A stretch of DNA of 64,000 nt from an uncultured Gammaproteobacteria bacterium (GCA_964535655.1 CAZHTP010000002.1:154054-218053); one strand, 5' to 3'. Positions 30,091 to 40,227 are shown, numbered from the stretch's first letter. Translations and numbers: made by a program. The notes: generated by a model from the sequence alone, not told the origin.

Positions 30091-30178
30091 CATTCCGTGA
30101 CGGATTGTAGCCCCGGTTGTCTACCTTGTATGCCTCACAGCATCAAGTAGCTACTGAGTCTACAATCCGTCACGCGAA
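30091..30178. promoter_or_regulatory. Long inverted repeat (15-bp perfect arms, about 50-nt loop) just upstream of the secreted mini-protein gene
   Basis: cgtgacggattgtag (30096-30110) pairs with ctacaatccgtcacg (30160-30174). The loop contains the palindrome agtagctact. Confidence 0.5.
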
Positions 30179-30235
30179 TAAGAAAGGTTGGCAAAGAGCC
30201 CACCATTCTCGTGGCGAGAAGTAGGAGACTATCAC

Positions 30236-30535
30236 ATGTCTATCAGTAAGCTCAGCTTGATCATCATCACTATGCTCGCCTTGACCATTACTCCGGCCCA
30301 CGCGGCCGAACAAAATGTCAACTCTAGCGTCGAGGTCTACCTCGAGTGTTGGGACGGCAACGGGTGTCTAGCAACCTTCCCAACCGGGAACGCGTGGAAC
30401 ATCTACCGCTGGTACGGACCAGAGCTAATCTCTGGCCCGGCCAGAATTACTCGCGACGTGTTTGTCATTCCTGGCTCTGTCCGGACATATAACGGCGATA
30501 CGGGATTTGCATACGCTGCTCCTCCTTCTTGGTAG
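30236..30535 (+). CDS. Small secreted protein (signal peptide, two Cys), high-GC cassette
   Basis: AGGAGA RBS. Signal peptide MSISKLSLIIITMLALTITPAHA with AHA-AEQ cleavage. About 55% GC against about 38% around it. Confidence 0.5.
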   Translation: MSISKLSLIIITMLALTITPAHAAEQNVNSSVEVYLECWDGNGCLATFPTGNAWNIYRWYGPELISGPARITRDVFVIPGSVRTYNGDTGFAYAAPPSW

Positions 30536-30965
30536 AGAATTAGGCTGAGCGCCGGTAGCATGCTTCACAGCATGGCTGAGTTAACCGCATCGATTGATGT
30601 AGGAACTAAAAAACCGGCGCAAAGCCAAAAACAATCAAACAAAAAAAGAGAAAGAAAGGAGAAAAGAAAATAATGATAAAAAGAAAGAAAAGTTATTCAA
30701 GTCGCTTGAGACCTGAAATATACTTCCTATTTCCACTTACCATTCATTACAATTCCCATTCTGCCTCCCTGTTTATAGAGTTAAACAAATCTCTATCTGA
30801 AGATGACAAAACGAAGTCGAAAACAGGAAGTTAAAATTAAATACACACCACACGAGTTCTGGTAAATCATCTTAACTTAGTATACAATATCATAAAACTT
30901 ACATACGAATGCCCTCGTATGTTTTTTTGCGCTTATAATGGGTAATTGCACAAGGAGTACACTAT

Positions 30966-31226
30966 ATGGCAGCAGAAAACGGATTCTTTTTAGATGAGTT
31001 ACCAGACGTTTCTGGATCAAATAATAAAGCTCAGCTTTCACCAAGAATGGTTCAACAGCAAATGCAGCTCGACCCTGCAGAACCTCAAACGGCAGCGGAG
31101 GAAAAGCTTGTAGATTTTCCGGATATTGATGGAGTTCCTGGTGGATTTAGTGGGCGTCGGCTCGGAACTTTAGGCGGCGGTTTAACAATCGGACCAATGG
31201 TACAACCTAAGCAGCGAGGCCGCTAA
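30966..31226 (+). CDS. Hypothetical small protein upstream of secD
   Basis: 86-aa ORF with a TATAAT-like -10 upstream. No TM, so not YajC. Confidence 0.3.
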   Translation: MAAENGFFLDELPDVSGSNNKAQLSPRMVQQQMQLDPAEPQTAAEEKLVDFPDIDGVPGGFSGRRLGTLGGGLTIGPMVQPKQRGR

Positions 31227-31271
31227 CCCTCCATTGACTCTCGCTCAAAATAAAAATATAATACCGCCATT

Positions 31272-32687
31272 ATGGCACAACACAACCGCTACGCGAATAA
31301 TCCACAGACTAAGAAAACTGGACGCCCAGTGCGTATGTTTATGTTTGTACTATTTATCACCGTAGTTACACTCATCTACAATCTTCCAGCAATTAAAGTA
31401 AATAAAACAGTTTTTGGTAAAAAGATCGACACTATCGGTGGATACAATATTCTTGGTAAAAAAATGGAACTTAAAAAAGGTCTGGACTTGCAGGGTGGAG
31501 TGCAGTTAACTCTTCAGGCAGACATGGCTGGAATTAACGAGAAGGATCGCCAGCAGGCCCTCGACTCAGCACGAAATGTTATTGATCGCCGCGTAAACTT
31601 ATACGGAGTATCCGAACCAGTAATTCAATCTTCAAAATCAGGAAATGATTATCGAGTAATTGTCGAGCTTCCTGGAGTTACAGATATTAACGAAGCTTTA
31701 AATTTGGTAGGTAGAACCGCTAAACTGGAATTTCGCGAGCCCGACGAATCAACAGAAAGTGCTGTAAAAGCGCAGCAAGAAGCAACGGCTTCAGCAATGT
31801 TTCAAAATCTTGACGCTTCAATGGCAGCGCAGTTAAAAGAATATATCGCATCACAGCCACGCTACAAAGCGACAAAGTTAACTGGAAAAGAACTTAAAAA
31901 AGCCGCAGTCGCCTTTAACCAACAAAATGGTCAGCCAGAGGTTAGTATCGAGTTTAAAGACGAGGGTGCAAAATTGTTTGGCGATTTAACAACTAAATAT
32001 GTTGGTAAAACTATTGCAATTTACCTTGATGAAGATTTAGTAAGTGCCCCAACTGTGAATGTTCCTATTACCGATGGTCGCGCGGTTATCTCCGGTGGAT
32101 TCAGTGTGCCTCAAGCACAGCAGCTTGCTACACAGTTAAATGCAGGAGCGTTGCCAGTACCAATTCATGTCATTGAACAACGAACCGTAGGTGCGACACT
32201 CGGTAATCAGTCAGTTCAGAAAAGTATTGTTGCCGGTGCAATTGGAATCACACTTGTTGCCTTATTTATGCTGGTTTTGTACGGATTCCAGGGATTGCTA
32301 GCCGATTGTGCACTTATTCTTTACACCTTAATCTCACTTTTCTTATTCCGTTTCATTCCGGTAACACTGACACTAGCGGGGATTGCCGGATTCATACTTT
32401 CCATTGGGATGGCTCTTGATGCAAATATCCTAATCTTTGAACGTATGCGCGAAGAAATGCGCTGGGGACGAAGCAAAAAAGACGCATTACGCCTCGGCTT
32501 TGATCGCGCATGGTCTTCAATTCGCGATTCAAACGTTTCTTCCTTGATCACTTGTTTTATTCTCTACAGCTTTGGTACGGGTATTATTCGAGGATTTGCC
32601 TTAACACTCGCAATTGGTATTTTAGTATCGCTCTTTACCGCTATTACCGTATCACGCACTTTGTTACGAATGTTTATTAGGGACTAA
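31272..32687 (+). CDS. secD: Protein translocase subunit SecD
   Basis: N-terminal TM, a periplasmic domain and a C-terminal 5-TM SecD/SecF block. Confidence 0.85.
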   Translation: MAQHNRYANNPQTKKTGRPVRMFMFVLFITVVTLIYNLPAIKVNKTVFGKKIDTIGGYNILGKKMELKKGLDLQGGVQLTLQADMAGINEKDRQQALDSARNVIDRRVNLYGVSEPVIQSSKSGNDYRVIVELPGVTDINEALNLVGRTAKLEFREPDESTESAVKAQQEATASAMFQNLDASMAAQLKEYIASQPRYKATKLTGKELKKAAVAFNQQNGQPEVSIEFKDEGAKLFGDLTTKYVGKTIAIYLDEDLVSAPTVNVPITDGRAVISGGFSVPQAQQLATQLNAGALPVPIHVIEQRTVGATLGNQSVQKSIVAGAIGITLVALFMLVLYGFQGLLADCALILYTLISLFLFRFIPVTLTLAGIAGFILSIGMALDANILIFERMREEMRWGRSKKDALRLGFDRAWSSIRDSNVSSLITCFILYSFGTGIIRGFALTLAIGILVSLFTAITVSRTLLRMFIRD

Positions 32688-32690
32688 TTT

Positions 32691-33593
32691 ATGAACTTTG
32701 TTAAACACAAGAATATCTTTTTTATCATTTCCGGAGTACTTATTTTGCCGGGGCTCATTTCGCTGTTAACAAAAGGGCTTAAGCCAGGAATCGATTTTAC
32801 CGGCGGAACACTAATGGAAATCAAAAGTAATAAGTTTAACGACTCTAAGAAAAATGAGATCGAAGATTTAATTAAAAAACAGGGGATTGAAGTTTCTTCA
32901 ATTCAACAATCAGGAAATAATTCATACATTATTAGATCCAAAGAATTCAACCAGGCAAAAAACAACCAAGTCATGGCTGAATTAAATAAAAAATATGAAA
33001 AGGTAGAAGAGTCTCGATTCGAGACGGTTGGTCCAACTATCGGTGCAGAGTTAACCCGTAATGCTATTTTAGCTTTAATTGTCTCGTCAACTTTCATTGT
33101 GCTTTATATTGCCTGGAGCTTCCGTACTGTTCCTAAGCCGGCATCAAGTTTAAGATTTGGTATAACAGCCGTTGCTGCGCTACTACACGATGCGTTCTTT
33201 ATCTTGGGGATATTTTCTATACTAGGTTTTACACTTAATGTTGAAGTCGATTCATTGTTTGTTACTGCCTTGTTAACGGTTATCGGATTCTCAGTGCACG
33301 ACACAATCGTTGTTTACGATCGTATTCGCGAGAATCTGATTAAAGCCAAAGCCCCAACGTTTGATGATACTGTTAATCTTTCAATCTGGGAAACAATGGC
33401 CCGGTCCATTAATACTTCGACAACCGTTATCATCGTACTTTTGGCGTTGTTATTATTCGGTGGTGAATCAATCCGCTGGTTTGTATTTGCTTTGCTGATC
33501 GGAATTATCTCAGGAACATACTCTTCAATTTTCAATGCAGCACAGCTGCTCGTTTTATGGCAGGACTATTCGGATAAGAAGAAACAAAAATGA
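32691..33593 (+). CDS. secF: Protein translocase subunit SecF
   Basis: Immediately follows secD and shows SecF topology. Confidence 0.85.
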   Translation: MNFVKHKNIFFIISGVLILPGLISLLTKGLKPGIDFTGGTLMEIKSNKFNDSKKNEIEDLIKKQGIEVSSIQQSGNNSYIIRSKEFNQAKNNQVMAELNKKYEKVEESRFETVGPTIGAELTRNAILALIVSSTFIVLYIAWSFRTVPKPASSLRFGITAVAALLHDAFFILGIFSILGFTLNVEVDSLFVTALLTVIGFSVHDTIVVYDRIRENLIKAKAPTFDDTVNLSIWETMARSINTSTTVIIVLLALLLFGGESIRWFVFALLIGIISGTYSSIFNAAQLLVLWQDYSDKKKQK

Positions 33594-33605
33594 TATAATT
33601 TAATC

Positions 33606-34124
33606 ATGAGTCTATCGGTTGTTACTCCTGAATCTAAAGTTCATGATGTTATAAACCATTACCGTGATATTCTAAAAACCCAGAATATTGAGCTAGATCA
33701 TATCGAGTATGATCGTCCCTGGGGTGGGGAAATTTGGGTAAAAAATGAATTTTCAGTACCTTTTCAGGATATCTATTTTGCCGATACTCAGTATTTTGAT
33801 AAAAACCTCCAAGGGCCACCAACGCCTAAATTGCTTATTGTCACCCCTGGCGGCCGTCTTTCCTGGCAATATCACCGCCGTCGCCAGGAGATTTGGAGAG
33901 TAGTACTTGGACCGATAGGTGTGATCCGCAATAATTCGGATTATATGCCTGATATCGAAGTGTTTACAACTGACAGTCTCGTAGAAATTGGTAAAGAAAT
34001 TCGGCACCGATTAGTAGGCTTGGATAACTGGGGTGTTGTTGCAGAATTATGGAAACACAATGATCCCGCCAATGTTTCAAATGAAGATGATATTATTAGA
34101 ATCAAAGACGATTATGGTCGATAG
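33606..34124 (+). CDS. Cupin-type mannose-6-phosphate isomerase domain protein (type II PMI-like)
   Basis: RPWGGEIW...VTPGGRLSWQYHRRRQEIWRVVLG matches the ManC C-terminal cupin pattern (RPWG...PG..LSlQ.H.hR.EhW.vv.G). Confidence 0.55.
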   Translation: MSLSVVTPESKVHDVINHYRDILKTQNIELDHIEYDRPWGGEIWVKNEFSVPFQDIYFADTQYFDKNLQGPPTPKLLIVTPGGRLSWQYHRRRQEIWRVVLGPIGVIRNNSDYMPDIEVFTTDSLVEIGKEIRHRLVGLDNWGVVAELWKHNDPANVSNEDDIIRIKDDYGR

Positions 34125-34135
34125 AAAGGAACAGT

Positions 34136-35488
34136 ATGCAAGTCGAACCAAGCATTTTTAAAGCATATGATATTCGTGGCATTTATGGTCAAACGTTAAA
34201 TGAAGAAGTAGCACGAGCAGTAGGTAAAGCCTTTCCCAAGGTTGTACCCGCTACAAAAGTTGTAGTAGGTCGCGATGCACGCGTTTCAAGCCAATCCCTT
34301 CACAATGCCTTAATTGAAGGCCTCACATTAGTTGGAATATCGGTTGTTGACGTCGGTATGGTTTCGACCGACATGTATTACTATGCCTGCTCTACCCAAA
34401 ACTTACCGGGTATTATGGTCACCGCCAGTCATAATCCAAAAGAATACAATGGATTTAAAATGGTGCGCAAAATCCCGTATCTGTTGTCGGGTGACGAAGG
34501 AATTCAAGATATCCGAAAGTTCATTGAAGCAGATGATTTTCCTCCTGAAGCTAGCACCGGCACGGTGGAACAAATCGACATCATGGAAGATTTTGTCACC
34601 AAAATTCTCTCTCTGGTACCAACCTCAGAAATAAAAAAATACAAGATTTTAGCCGATACCGCAAATGGAATGGTGGGTCCATCTCTGGTAGAAATTTTCA
34701 AGCAAATTCCTCAAATTGAATTAGTTCCAATGTATTTTGAACCGGATGGAAATTTCCCTAATCATGGTGGAGATCCGTTACAGGAGCAAAATCGTAAAGA
34801 ATTACAAGATCGTGTCGTCTCTGAGCAAGCAGACCTTGGCTTTGCTTTTGACCCTGATGGCGATCGTTTCTTTTGTATTGACAAAAAGGGACGGTTTATC
34901 TCTGGGGATTTTATGACCGCAATTTTGTCATCATACTTCTTGCAAAAATATCCGCGCTCCATCGTTGTCTATGATATTCGTGCCTCTAAAGCAGTCCCGG
35001 ATACGGTCGAAAAATATGGAGGCAAAGCGCTCTACAATCGCGTTGGACACGCCTACATCAAGAAGCGAATGAACGATGAAAATGCGGTCTTTGGTGGGGA
35101 AGTAACCGGACACTATTATTTCAAGGATTTCTTTGGCTGTGACTCTGGGGTTGCACCGATGCTCTTTTTACTTGATCTACTCTCACATTCTGAATTATCA
35201 CTCGATCAATTAGTAGATCAATACGAAGAAAAGTATTTTATCTCCGGTGAAATTAATAATAAAGTACCTGATGTTAAAGCAGTACTCACAAAGCTAGAAG
35301 AGCAATATGGTTCTCAGGCTGCTGAAGTAATTAAGATTGATGGTATAACATGCGAATACGGCGATTGGAGATTTAATGTTCGTGGTTCAAATACTGAACC
35401 ATTAATCCGTCTGAATCTTGAAGCAAAGACAAAAGAGAAGATGGAAGAAAAACGCGATATGATATTAAAAGTTATTAAAGGAGAGTAA
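34136..35488 (+). CDS. Phosphomannomutase/phosphoglucomutase
   Basis: TASHNPKEYNGFK (active-site Ser loop) and DPDGDR metal-binding loop. Confidence 0.85.
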   Translation: MQVEPSIFKAYDIRGIYGQTLNEEVARAVGKAFPKVVPATKVVVGRDARVSSQSLHNALIEGLTLVGISVVDVGMVSTDMYYYACSTQNLPGIMVTASHNPKEYNGFKMVRKIPYLLSGDEGIQDIRKFIEADDFPPEASTGTVEQIDIMEDFVTKILSLVPTSEIKKYKILADTANGMVGPSLVEIFKQIPQIELVPMYFEPDGNFPNHGGDPLQEQNRKELQDRVVSEQADLGFAFDPDGDRFFCIDKKGRFISGDFMTAILSSYFLQKYPRSIVVYDIRASKAVPDTVEKYGGKALYNRVGHAYIKKRMNDENAVFGGEVTGHYYFKDFFGCDSGVAPMLFLLDLLSHSELSLDQLVDQYEEKYFISGEINNKVPDVKAVLTKLEEQYGSQAAEVIKIDGITCEYGDWRFNVRGSNTEPLIRLNLEAKTKEKMEEKRDMILKVIKGE

Positions 35489-35489
35489 T

Positions 35490-35921
35490 ATGGGCGAAAC
35501 TGAATCCTTATTATCAACGGTAGGTCACGAGGCTGATGAACCAGCATCGATAAATATTGATGACCCCGAATTTATGGACTCATCAAGAAAAGATAGTTCG
35601 GGATGGTATCGAATTGGCGAGGAAGTGGGCGGCAGAGTAGTGAAGTTTCTCGAATCAGCCAACAAAAAAAAACTAACACATATTGATCGAGGATATTTTA
35701 GCGATGCTGGACAAGTTTCAAAGTTTGCTAGTGACGGTGATAATGGTGCCAACATTGAAGTAACAACCTTAAGGAATCATGATGGTTCTGTAGTTAAAGC
35801 AAAACTAACTTTAAGAGAACAACGATCCCAGGGATATCTTCCTGAAGTATTTTTAACAGGCGAGGCATTAGCTTGGTTCAAGGATTTTGTAAACAATCAG
35901 GGTGAAGAAGACAAAAACTAA
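35490..35921 (+). CDS. Hypothetical protein
   Basis: 143-aa ORF tightly packed after the PMM gene. Confidence 0.4.
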   Translation: MGETESLLSTVGHEADEPASINIDDPEFMDSSRKDSSGWYRIGEEVGGRVVKFLESANKKKLTHIDRGYFSDAGQVSKFASDGDNGANIEVTTLRNHDGSVVKAKLTLREQRSQGYLPEVFLTGEALAWFKDFVNNQGEEDKN

Positions 35922-36406
35922 CTACTAAGTCTAAAAAATCCCACAAGTCTAAGGGAGGCATCATCAACAATGAATGCTTTCCCTAGATACGTATTGCCAC
36001 CCACCCAAACAATTTCATCAACTACTTTTCGCACAGATAAAGGATTTTCTTTCAAGTCATATGAAAGCTGAATCACTTTATTTTCAGACTGCAGTCCCTT
36101 TGTAACTGAAAAAGTAAACGGAAAGGCATGGAATCCGCCGTATTCCGTATTTCCGACTAAATATCCAGATTGGCGCAAAGATAAAATTAACTTCGCTGAA
36201 TGCGCGAGTATATTATCGCCACGACTTTCTTCACGAACAAAATATTTACCTCTCCACGGAAGCCAAAATTTCGATACAAAATCACCAATTTTCTCTACTG
36301 TATAAACAGGAAGTAACATTACCAGTTCGCCACGCAAAAAACCTTCTGGTATTTTTTCTACCTTGCCAATAGTGAACTGATTTTCTAATTCTTCAATAGT
36401 AACCAT
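35918..36406 (-). CDS. Hypothetical protein
   Basis: 162-aa ORF with no motif. Confidence 0.4.
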   Translation of the reverse strand: MVTIEELENQFTIGKVEKIPEGFLRGELVMLLPVYTVEKIGDFVSKFWLPWRGKYFVREESRGDNILAHSAKLILSLRQSGYLVGNTEYGGFHAFPFTFSVTKGLQSENKVIQLSYDLKENPLSVRKVVDEIVWVGGNTYLGKAFIVDDASLRLVGFFRLSS

Positions 36407-36421
36407 AGTAAAATACTATCG

Positions 36422-36667
36422 TTATTCTTCAGTCTCGTCTATAACATCCTGAGAAACCATAGCAGGTGTACCTTTTTTATACATTTCACCAACAAGCCAC
36501 AAAACTGCTTCTTTTTTGTATCGGCGATCACCTCGCTGGTTTATACGAATTGCTTGTAGCTTGCCACGCTTTCCCCACCGTTTAAGCGTAATTTTTGAAA
36601 CCCGCAAAAAATCTGCCACTTCTTGAATTGTCATTAATTCTGGTAAATCATCACCAATTGATGCCAT
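36422..36667 (-). CDS. Excisionase-family/MerR-like HTH DNA-binding protein
   Basis: LMTIQEVADFLRVSKITLKRWGKRGKLQAIRI matches the excisionase-type HTH. Confidence 0.6.
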   Translation of the reverse strand: MASIGDDLPELMTIQEVADFLRVSKITLKRWGKRGKLQAIRINQRGDRRYKKEAVLWLVGEMYKKGTPAMVSQDVIDETEE

Positions 36668-36782
36668 TGTCTAACTCCTCACAAATAAATATATCAAAGG
36701 TAATCAGAAAGTATCAAAACCCAAGGTACACTGCAAGGGGCAATTGACCCTTTAATTGATTAGGGTTTTATTCGGAGAAAAT

Positions 36783-37210
36783 ATGAACGGAGCAGATTAC
36801 AAAAAAGCCATTGAAGCAGCAGAAATAAAGAAATATTCTATACCGAAGAGCTGCCCATTGAAGTAGAATTTTCTAATTCAGAAAGAAAATCTGCTGAAGA
36901 CGAGTTAAGAAAGATTGAAGAATATTCGCAAAACATACAGTCAAAATTAAAAACAACTAATTCAGAAGTTGAAATTCGTTTAAAAGGGCTGCAAGCATAT
37001 TATGTCATGCGCGATCGCTGGTCGTGGATTCTCGCAACACTCTTAGTCGTTTCAATTATCTTCCATTTCACTCTTGTGCTAATTGTAGGAAAAAATTGGC
37101 TGGATTTTAGCAAAAATAAAGATTTCTTGCTTTTAGTAACAGGTGAAAACTTTGTGCAGATTATTGGTTTATGTGTGATAATTGTTAATTTCTTATTTCC
37201 AAAGAGCTAA
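36783..37210 (+). pseudogene. Fragmented ORF (frameshifted) ending in a small TM segment
   Basis: An ATG ORF of 27 codons, then a downstream open frame without a start until 37007. Coding-like throughout. Confidence 0.3.
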
Positions 37211-37217
37211 TAAAACA

Positions 37218-37252
37218 AAAAAGAACCGGGTTTAAATCCGGCTCTTAATTTA
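37218..37252. terminator. Rho-independent terminator (bidirectional) downstream of rplL
   Basis: ccgg-atttaaa-ccgg stem-loop followed by a T-tract on the minus strand. Confidence 0.5.
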
Positions 37253-37274
37253 AATTCTTCGACAAATCGTAGAA

Positions 37275-37670
37275 TTACTTCAATTCAACTGTAGCACCTG
37301 CTTCAACGAGCTTCTTCTTTGCTTCTTCAGCTTTTTCTTTGTTTACGCCTTCAAGTACAGCTTTTGGAGCTGACTCTACAACACCCTTAGCTTCAGCAAG
37401 TCCGAGTGAAGGAACGAGTTCGCGAACAGCTTTGATAACAGCGATTTTGTTAGCACCAGCGCCTGTTAAGACAACATTGAATTCTGTCTTCTCTTCAGCT
37501 GGAGCTGCATCACCAGCAGCGGCTGGAGCTGCGCCTGCCATCATCATAGGAGCTGAAGCCGAAACTCCAAACTTCTCTTCAAGTGCATGTACTAAATCAG
37601 CGAGTTCAAGAACTGAAAGCTCTTCAACGGCTGCGATAACCTTTTCAACTTTTGCAGATACGTCTGCCAT
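37275..37670 (-). CDS. rplL: 50S ribosomal protein L7/L12
   Basis: [27 protein letters not shown]... ends in the classic ...EAGATVELK. Confidence 0.9.
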   Translation of the reverse strand: MADVSAKVEKVIAAVEELSVLELADLVHALEEKFGVSASAPMMMAGAAPAAAGDAAPAEEKTEFNVVLTGAGANKIAVIKAVRELVPSLGLAEAKGVVESAPKAVLEGVNKEKAEEAKKKLVEAGATVELK

Positions 37671-37732
37671 AAAAATATTCTCCAAATAATTATTAATCAA
37701 ATCTCGGCGCGAATCTGAATTCGCGACGAAAA

Positions 37733-38284
37733 TTAAGCTTGAGCAGCTTTCTGTTTCTGCACTTCATTAAGTGCATAAACTAAGTTTCGGATGTTGCCAT
37801 TCAAAACGCTTACAAAACCTGTAAGAGGTGCAACGAGCGCGCCGACAACCTGTCCGCGTAATTCCTGTTTGCCAGGAAGTTTACTCAATGCTTTAACACG
37901 ATCTCCCGATAATACATTCATTTCAAGAATACCTGATTTGATTGTAGGAAGATCATTTGAAGTTGTTGCAAACTTAGTGAGCACCTTCAAAGGCCCGACT
38001 TCATCTTCGTAGGAGAAGAGAACCGCTGTTGGTCCAGCAAATGTTTCAGGAGTAACGTCAGTCATTCCTGCTTCGTTTAAAGCGCGTGCAAAGATTGTAT
38101 TCTTTGTAACGCTAAATTCGCCGGTTTCACCAAGCGTTGCACGAAGTTCAGAGAGCTTAGTCATGCTCAGACCACGATAATCGGTAACGACCATCGACTT
38201 TGCGCGACTAATTTTCTCTTTAATTTCTGCCAAAGTAACTTCTTTCTTTGGCTTTTGCGACTTTTTATTCGCCACTTTTGCCAT
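37733..38284 (-). CDS. rplJ: 50S ribosomal protein L10
   Basis: L10 N-terminal pattern, located upstream of rplL. Confidence 0.9.
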   Translation of the reverse strand: MAKVANKKSQKPKKEVTLAEIKEKISRAKSMVVTDYRGLSMTKLSELRATLGETGEFSVTKNTIFARALNEAGMTDVTPETFAGPTAVLFSYEDEVGPLKVLTKFATTSNDLPTIKSGILEMNVLSGDRVKALSKLPGKQELRGQVVGALVAPLTGFVSVLNGNIRNLVYALNEVQKQKAAQA

Positions 38285-38503
38285 AGTATGTATTCACCTC
38301 ACTCCCTCTATGAATTAACCTATAAATACTAAAAAACGCCTCCTAAAGAGACGTTAACGAGACAAATTCAGAGGATAAATAACCTAAAAAAGGAGATTTA
38401 CCAGATTTTGAGCCTCGGTAGTCGACTTACATCATTAAGTCCCGAAGGGACGACTACTGTCTTTAGCCTCATCATTATACCGGATGTTAGATAGAAAAGT
38501 CAA

Positions 38504-39127
38504 TTAACGACTATTAGTTTGCCTTAATCTACGTTGAACCCATCCAAACTTTCTTTCCCCGGTTTCCTGAGCATGTTCTTCAGCTTCAAAATACACACCT
38601 GCAACGAGTACATGCCCTCGAGAGAGGCTAATCGGGGTGGGGAGTAACATCTGGACTCGAGGAACCTGGCCTTTATTCTGAATTTCCGATTTTACAAACC
38701 AATCCTTACCAACCGGTGCACCTAAATCTCGATGGCTTCCGAGGAATCGAGAAACTTCACCCACTAGATTTTGAGTTACAGTAGACCTGTCCTTGCGCTT
38801 AAGTCGCACTACTTGATTGGCATCTTCCAGAGATTCGATCTCCGGAGGGGATACATCCTCAATCGAGTACGTACCTTCTCCAGTCGCAGAAATATGTAAC
38901 CATAAGGCTCGAGGGCTTACCCATCTGGACATGTCCTCATTCCAATAGCGTTGATCATATTTGCCTGGAGGGATAACCAGTTCCAGCCCTCGTTCGTCCG
39001 GTACTATTACCTGGCGCATTCGCAACCCTGCAGTTTGGAGAACAAGTGGTACAACAACGGCATAATCTTGACTCCCCGGCAAACGGTCAACTAATTTGAG
39101 ATCTCCCCGACGAGGTTGTTCAAGCAT
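38504..39127 (-). CDS. Hypothetical protein, GC-rich (about 47% GC) relative to its surroundings
   Basis: AAGGAG RBS before the MLEQ start at 39127. No recognised domain. It occupies the position where rplK-rplA are usually found. Confidence 0.45.
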   Translation of the reverse strand: MLEQPRRGDLKLVDRLPGSQDYAVVVPLVLQTAGLRMRQVIVPDERGLELVIPPGKYDQRYWNEDMSRWVSPRALWLHISATGEGTYSIEDVSPPEIESLEDANQVVRLKRKDRSTVTQNLVGEVSRFLGSHRDLGAPVGKDWFVKSEIQNKGQVPRVQMLLPTPISLSRGHVLVAGVYFEAEEHAQETGERKFGWVQRRLRQTNSR

Positions 39128-39204
39128 AAAATATTCTCCTTGGCCGAATAATACACCCACAAACTTAAATTGACTATAATCTAAATAGAGGCTAATATAC
39201 ATTC

Positions 39205-40227
39205 ATGAAACAAATCTTCGTAAAAGACCTTAAGCCGGGAACGGCACTTTCCAATATTCCTTTTGTTGTCATTAAACTAGAAAAGAAAATAACCAAAACC
39301 GGTAAAGACTATATGGATATTACCGTTGGCGATAAGTCGGGGAGTATTGTCGGAAAAATCTGGAGCGATAAATATGATGCGTGCTCGGTAGATAAACTCA
39401 AAGAAGGAAGCATCGTATTACTAACCGGCTCTGCTGGTGAATTCATGGGCAAAGTTCAAATGACCGTTACGATGGCAACTGTTGCCGATCAGTATGACGA
39501 AGAAGATTTTGTACCAGTTACTAAAAAAAACGTCGATGATTTAGTGGCATATATTAATCAACAAATAGACTCTCTTTCTGATCGTCATTTGCGAAAATTA
39601 TTGAAAAATATATTTGCGGATCAGAAATTCGTTGCGGTTTTAAGAAAAACTCCGGCTGCCATGAAAATGCATCATGCGTATTCTGGAGGACTGCTTGAGC
39701 ACGTATGTGAAATGCTGCAGTTCGCGTCACCAATGTACGAGGTATATCAGCCGTGCAACACTGATCTCGTGAAAGCGGGTATTATCCTTCATGACATAGG
39801 TAAAACTGAGGAAATAATATGGCGCAACATGTCTATTGAATACTCAGATCGGGGTAAACTTTTGGGACATATACAAATAGGTTTACAAATAATTGATCGA
39901 TACAAGCAACCGGATTTTGATGGTGAGTGCTTACAACTTTTACAACACATTGTTCTAGCCCACCATGGAAAACTTGAATATGGAGCCGTAGTCGTACCTG
40001 CAACAATCGAAGCTAAGATTGTCTCATTAGCCGACGATGCGTCCGCCAAATTGCGTGGGTACATGACGCTATACGAAGATGGAGCAAATAATGGGGCAAG
40101 TTTCTCTGACTATAGTAAGTCCTTAGAGACAATGGTCTATGTACGGAATTATCAGTCGGCTCTTGAACAGTTTATCGAAAAGGCAGAAGAGACGAATCAA
40201 AAATTGGAGCAATTAGAATTACTCTAA
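39205..40227 (+). CDS. yhaM: 3'-5' exoribonuclease YhaM-like (OB-fold plus HD domain)
   Basis: N-terminal OB fold and HD motif ILHDIGK...HH. Confidence 0.7.
   Translation: MKQIFVKDLKPGTALSNIPFVVIKLEKKITKTGKDYMDITVGDKSGSIVGKIWSDKYDACSVDKLKEGSIVLLTGSAGEFMGKVQMTVTMATVADQYDEEDFVPVTKKNVDDLVAYINQQIDSLSDRHLRKLLKNIFADQKFVAVLRKTPAAMKMHHAYSGGLLEHVCEMLQFASPMYEVYQPCNTDLVKAGIILHDIGKTEEIIWRNMSIEYSDRGKLLGHIQIGLQIIDRYKQPDFDGECLQLLQHIVLAHHGKLEYGAVVVPATIEAKIVSLADDASAKLRGYMTLYEDGANNGASFSDYSKSLETMVYVRNYQSALEQFIEKAEETNQKLEQLELL

Noticed and set aside
37339-37689. Plus-strand 116-aa Ala/Ser-rich ORF
   Set aside because: It is antisense to rplL, which is Ala-rich and creates an open reverse frame.
38290-38500. 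Possible L10(rplJ) leader element
   Set aside because: A leader is plausible, but I could not recognise conserved L10-leader structure by eye, so it is not called.
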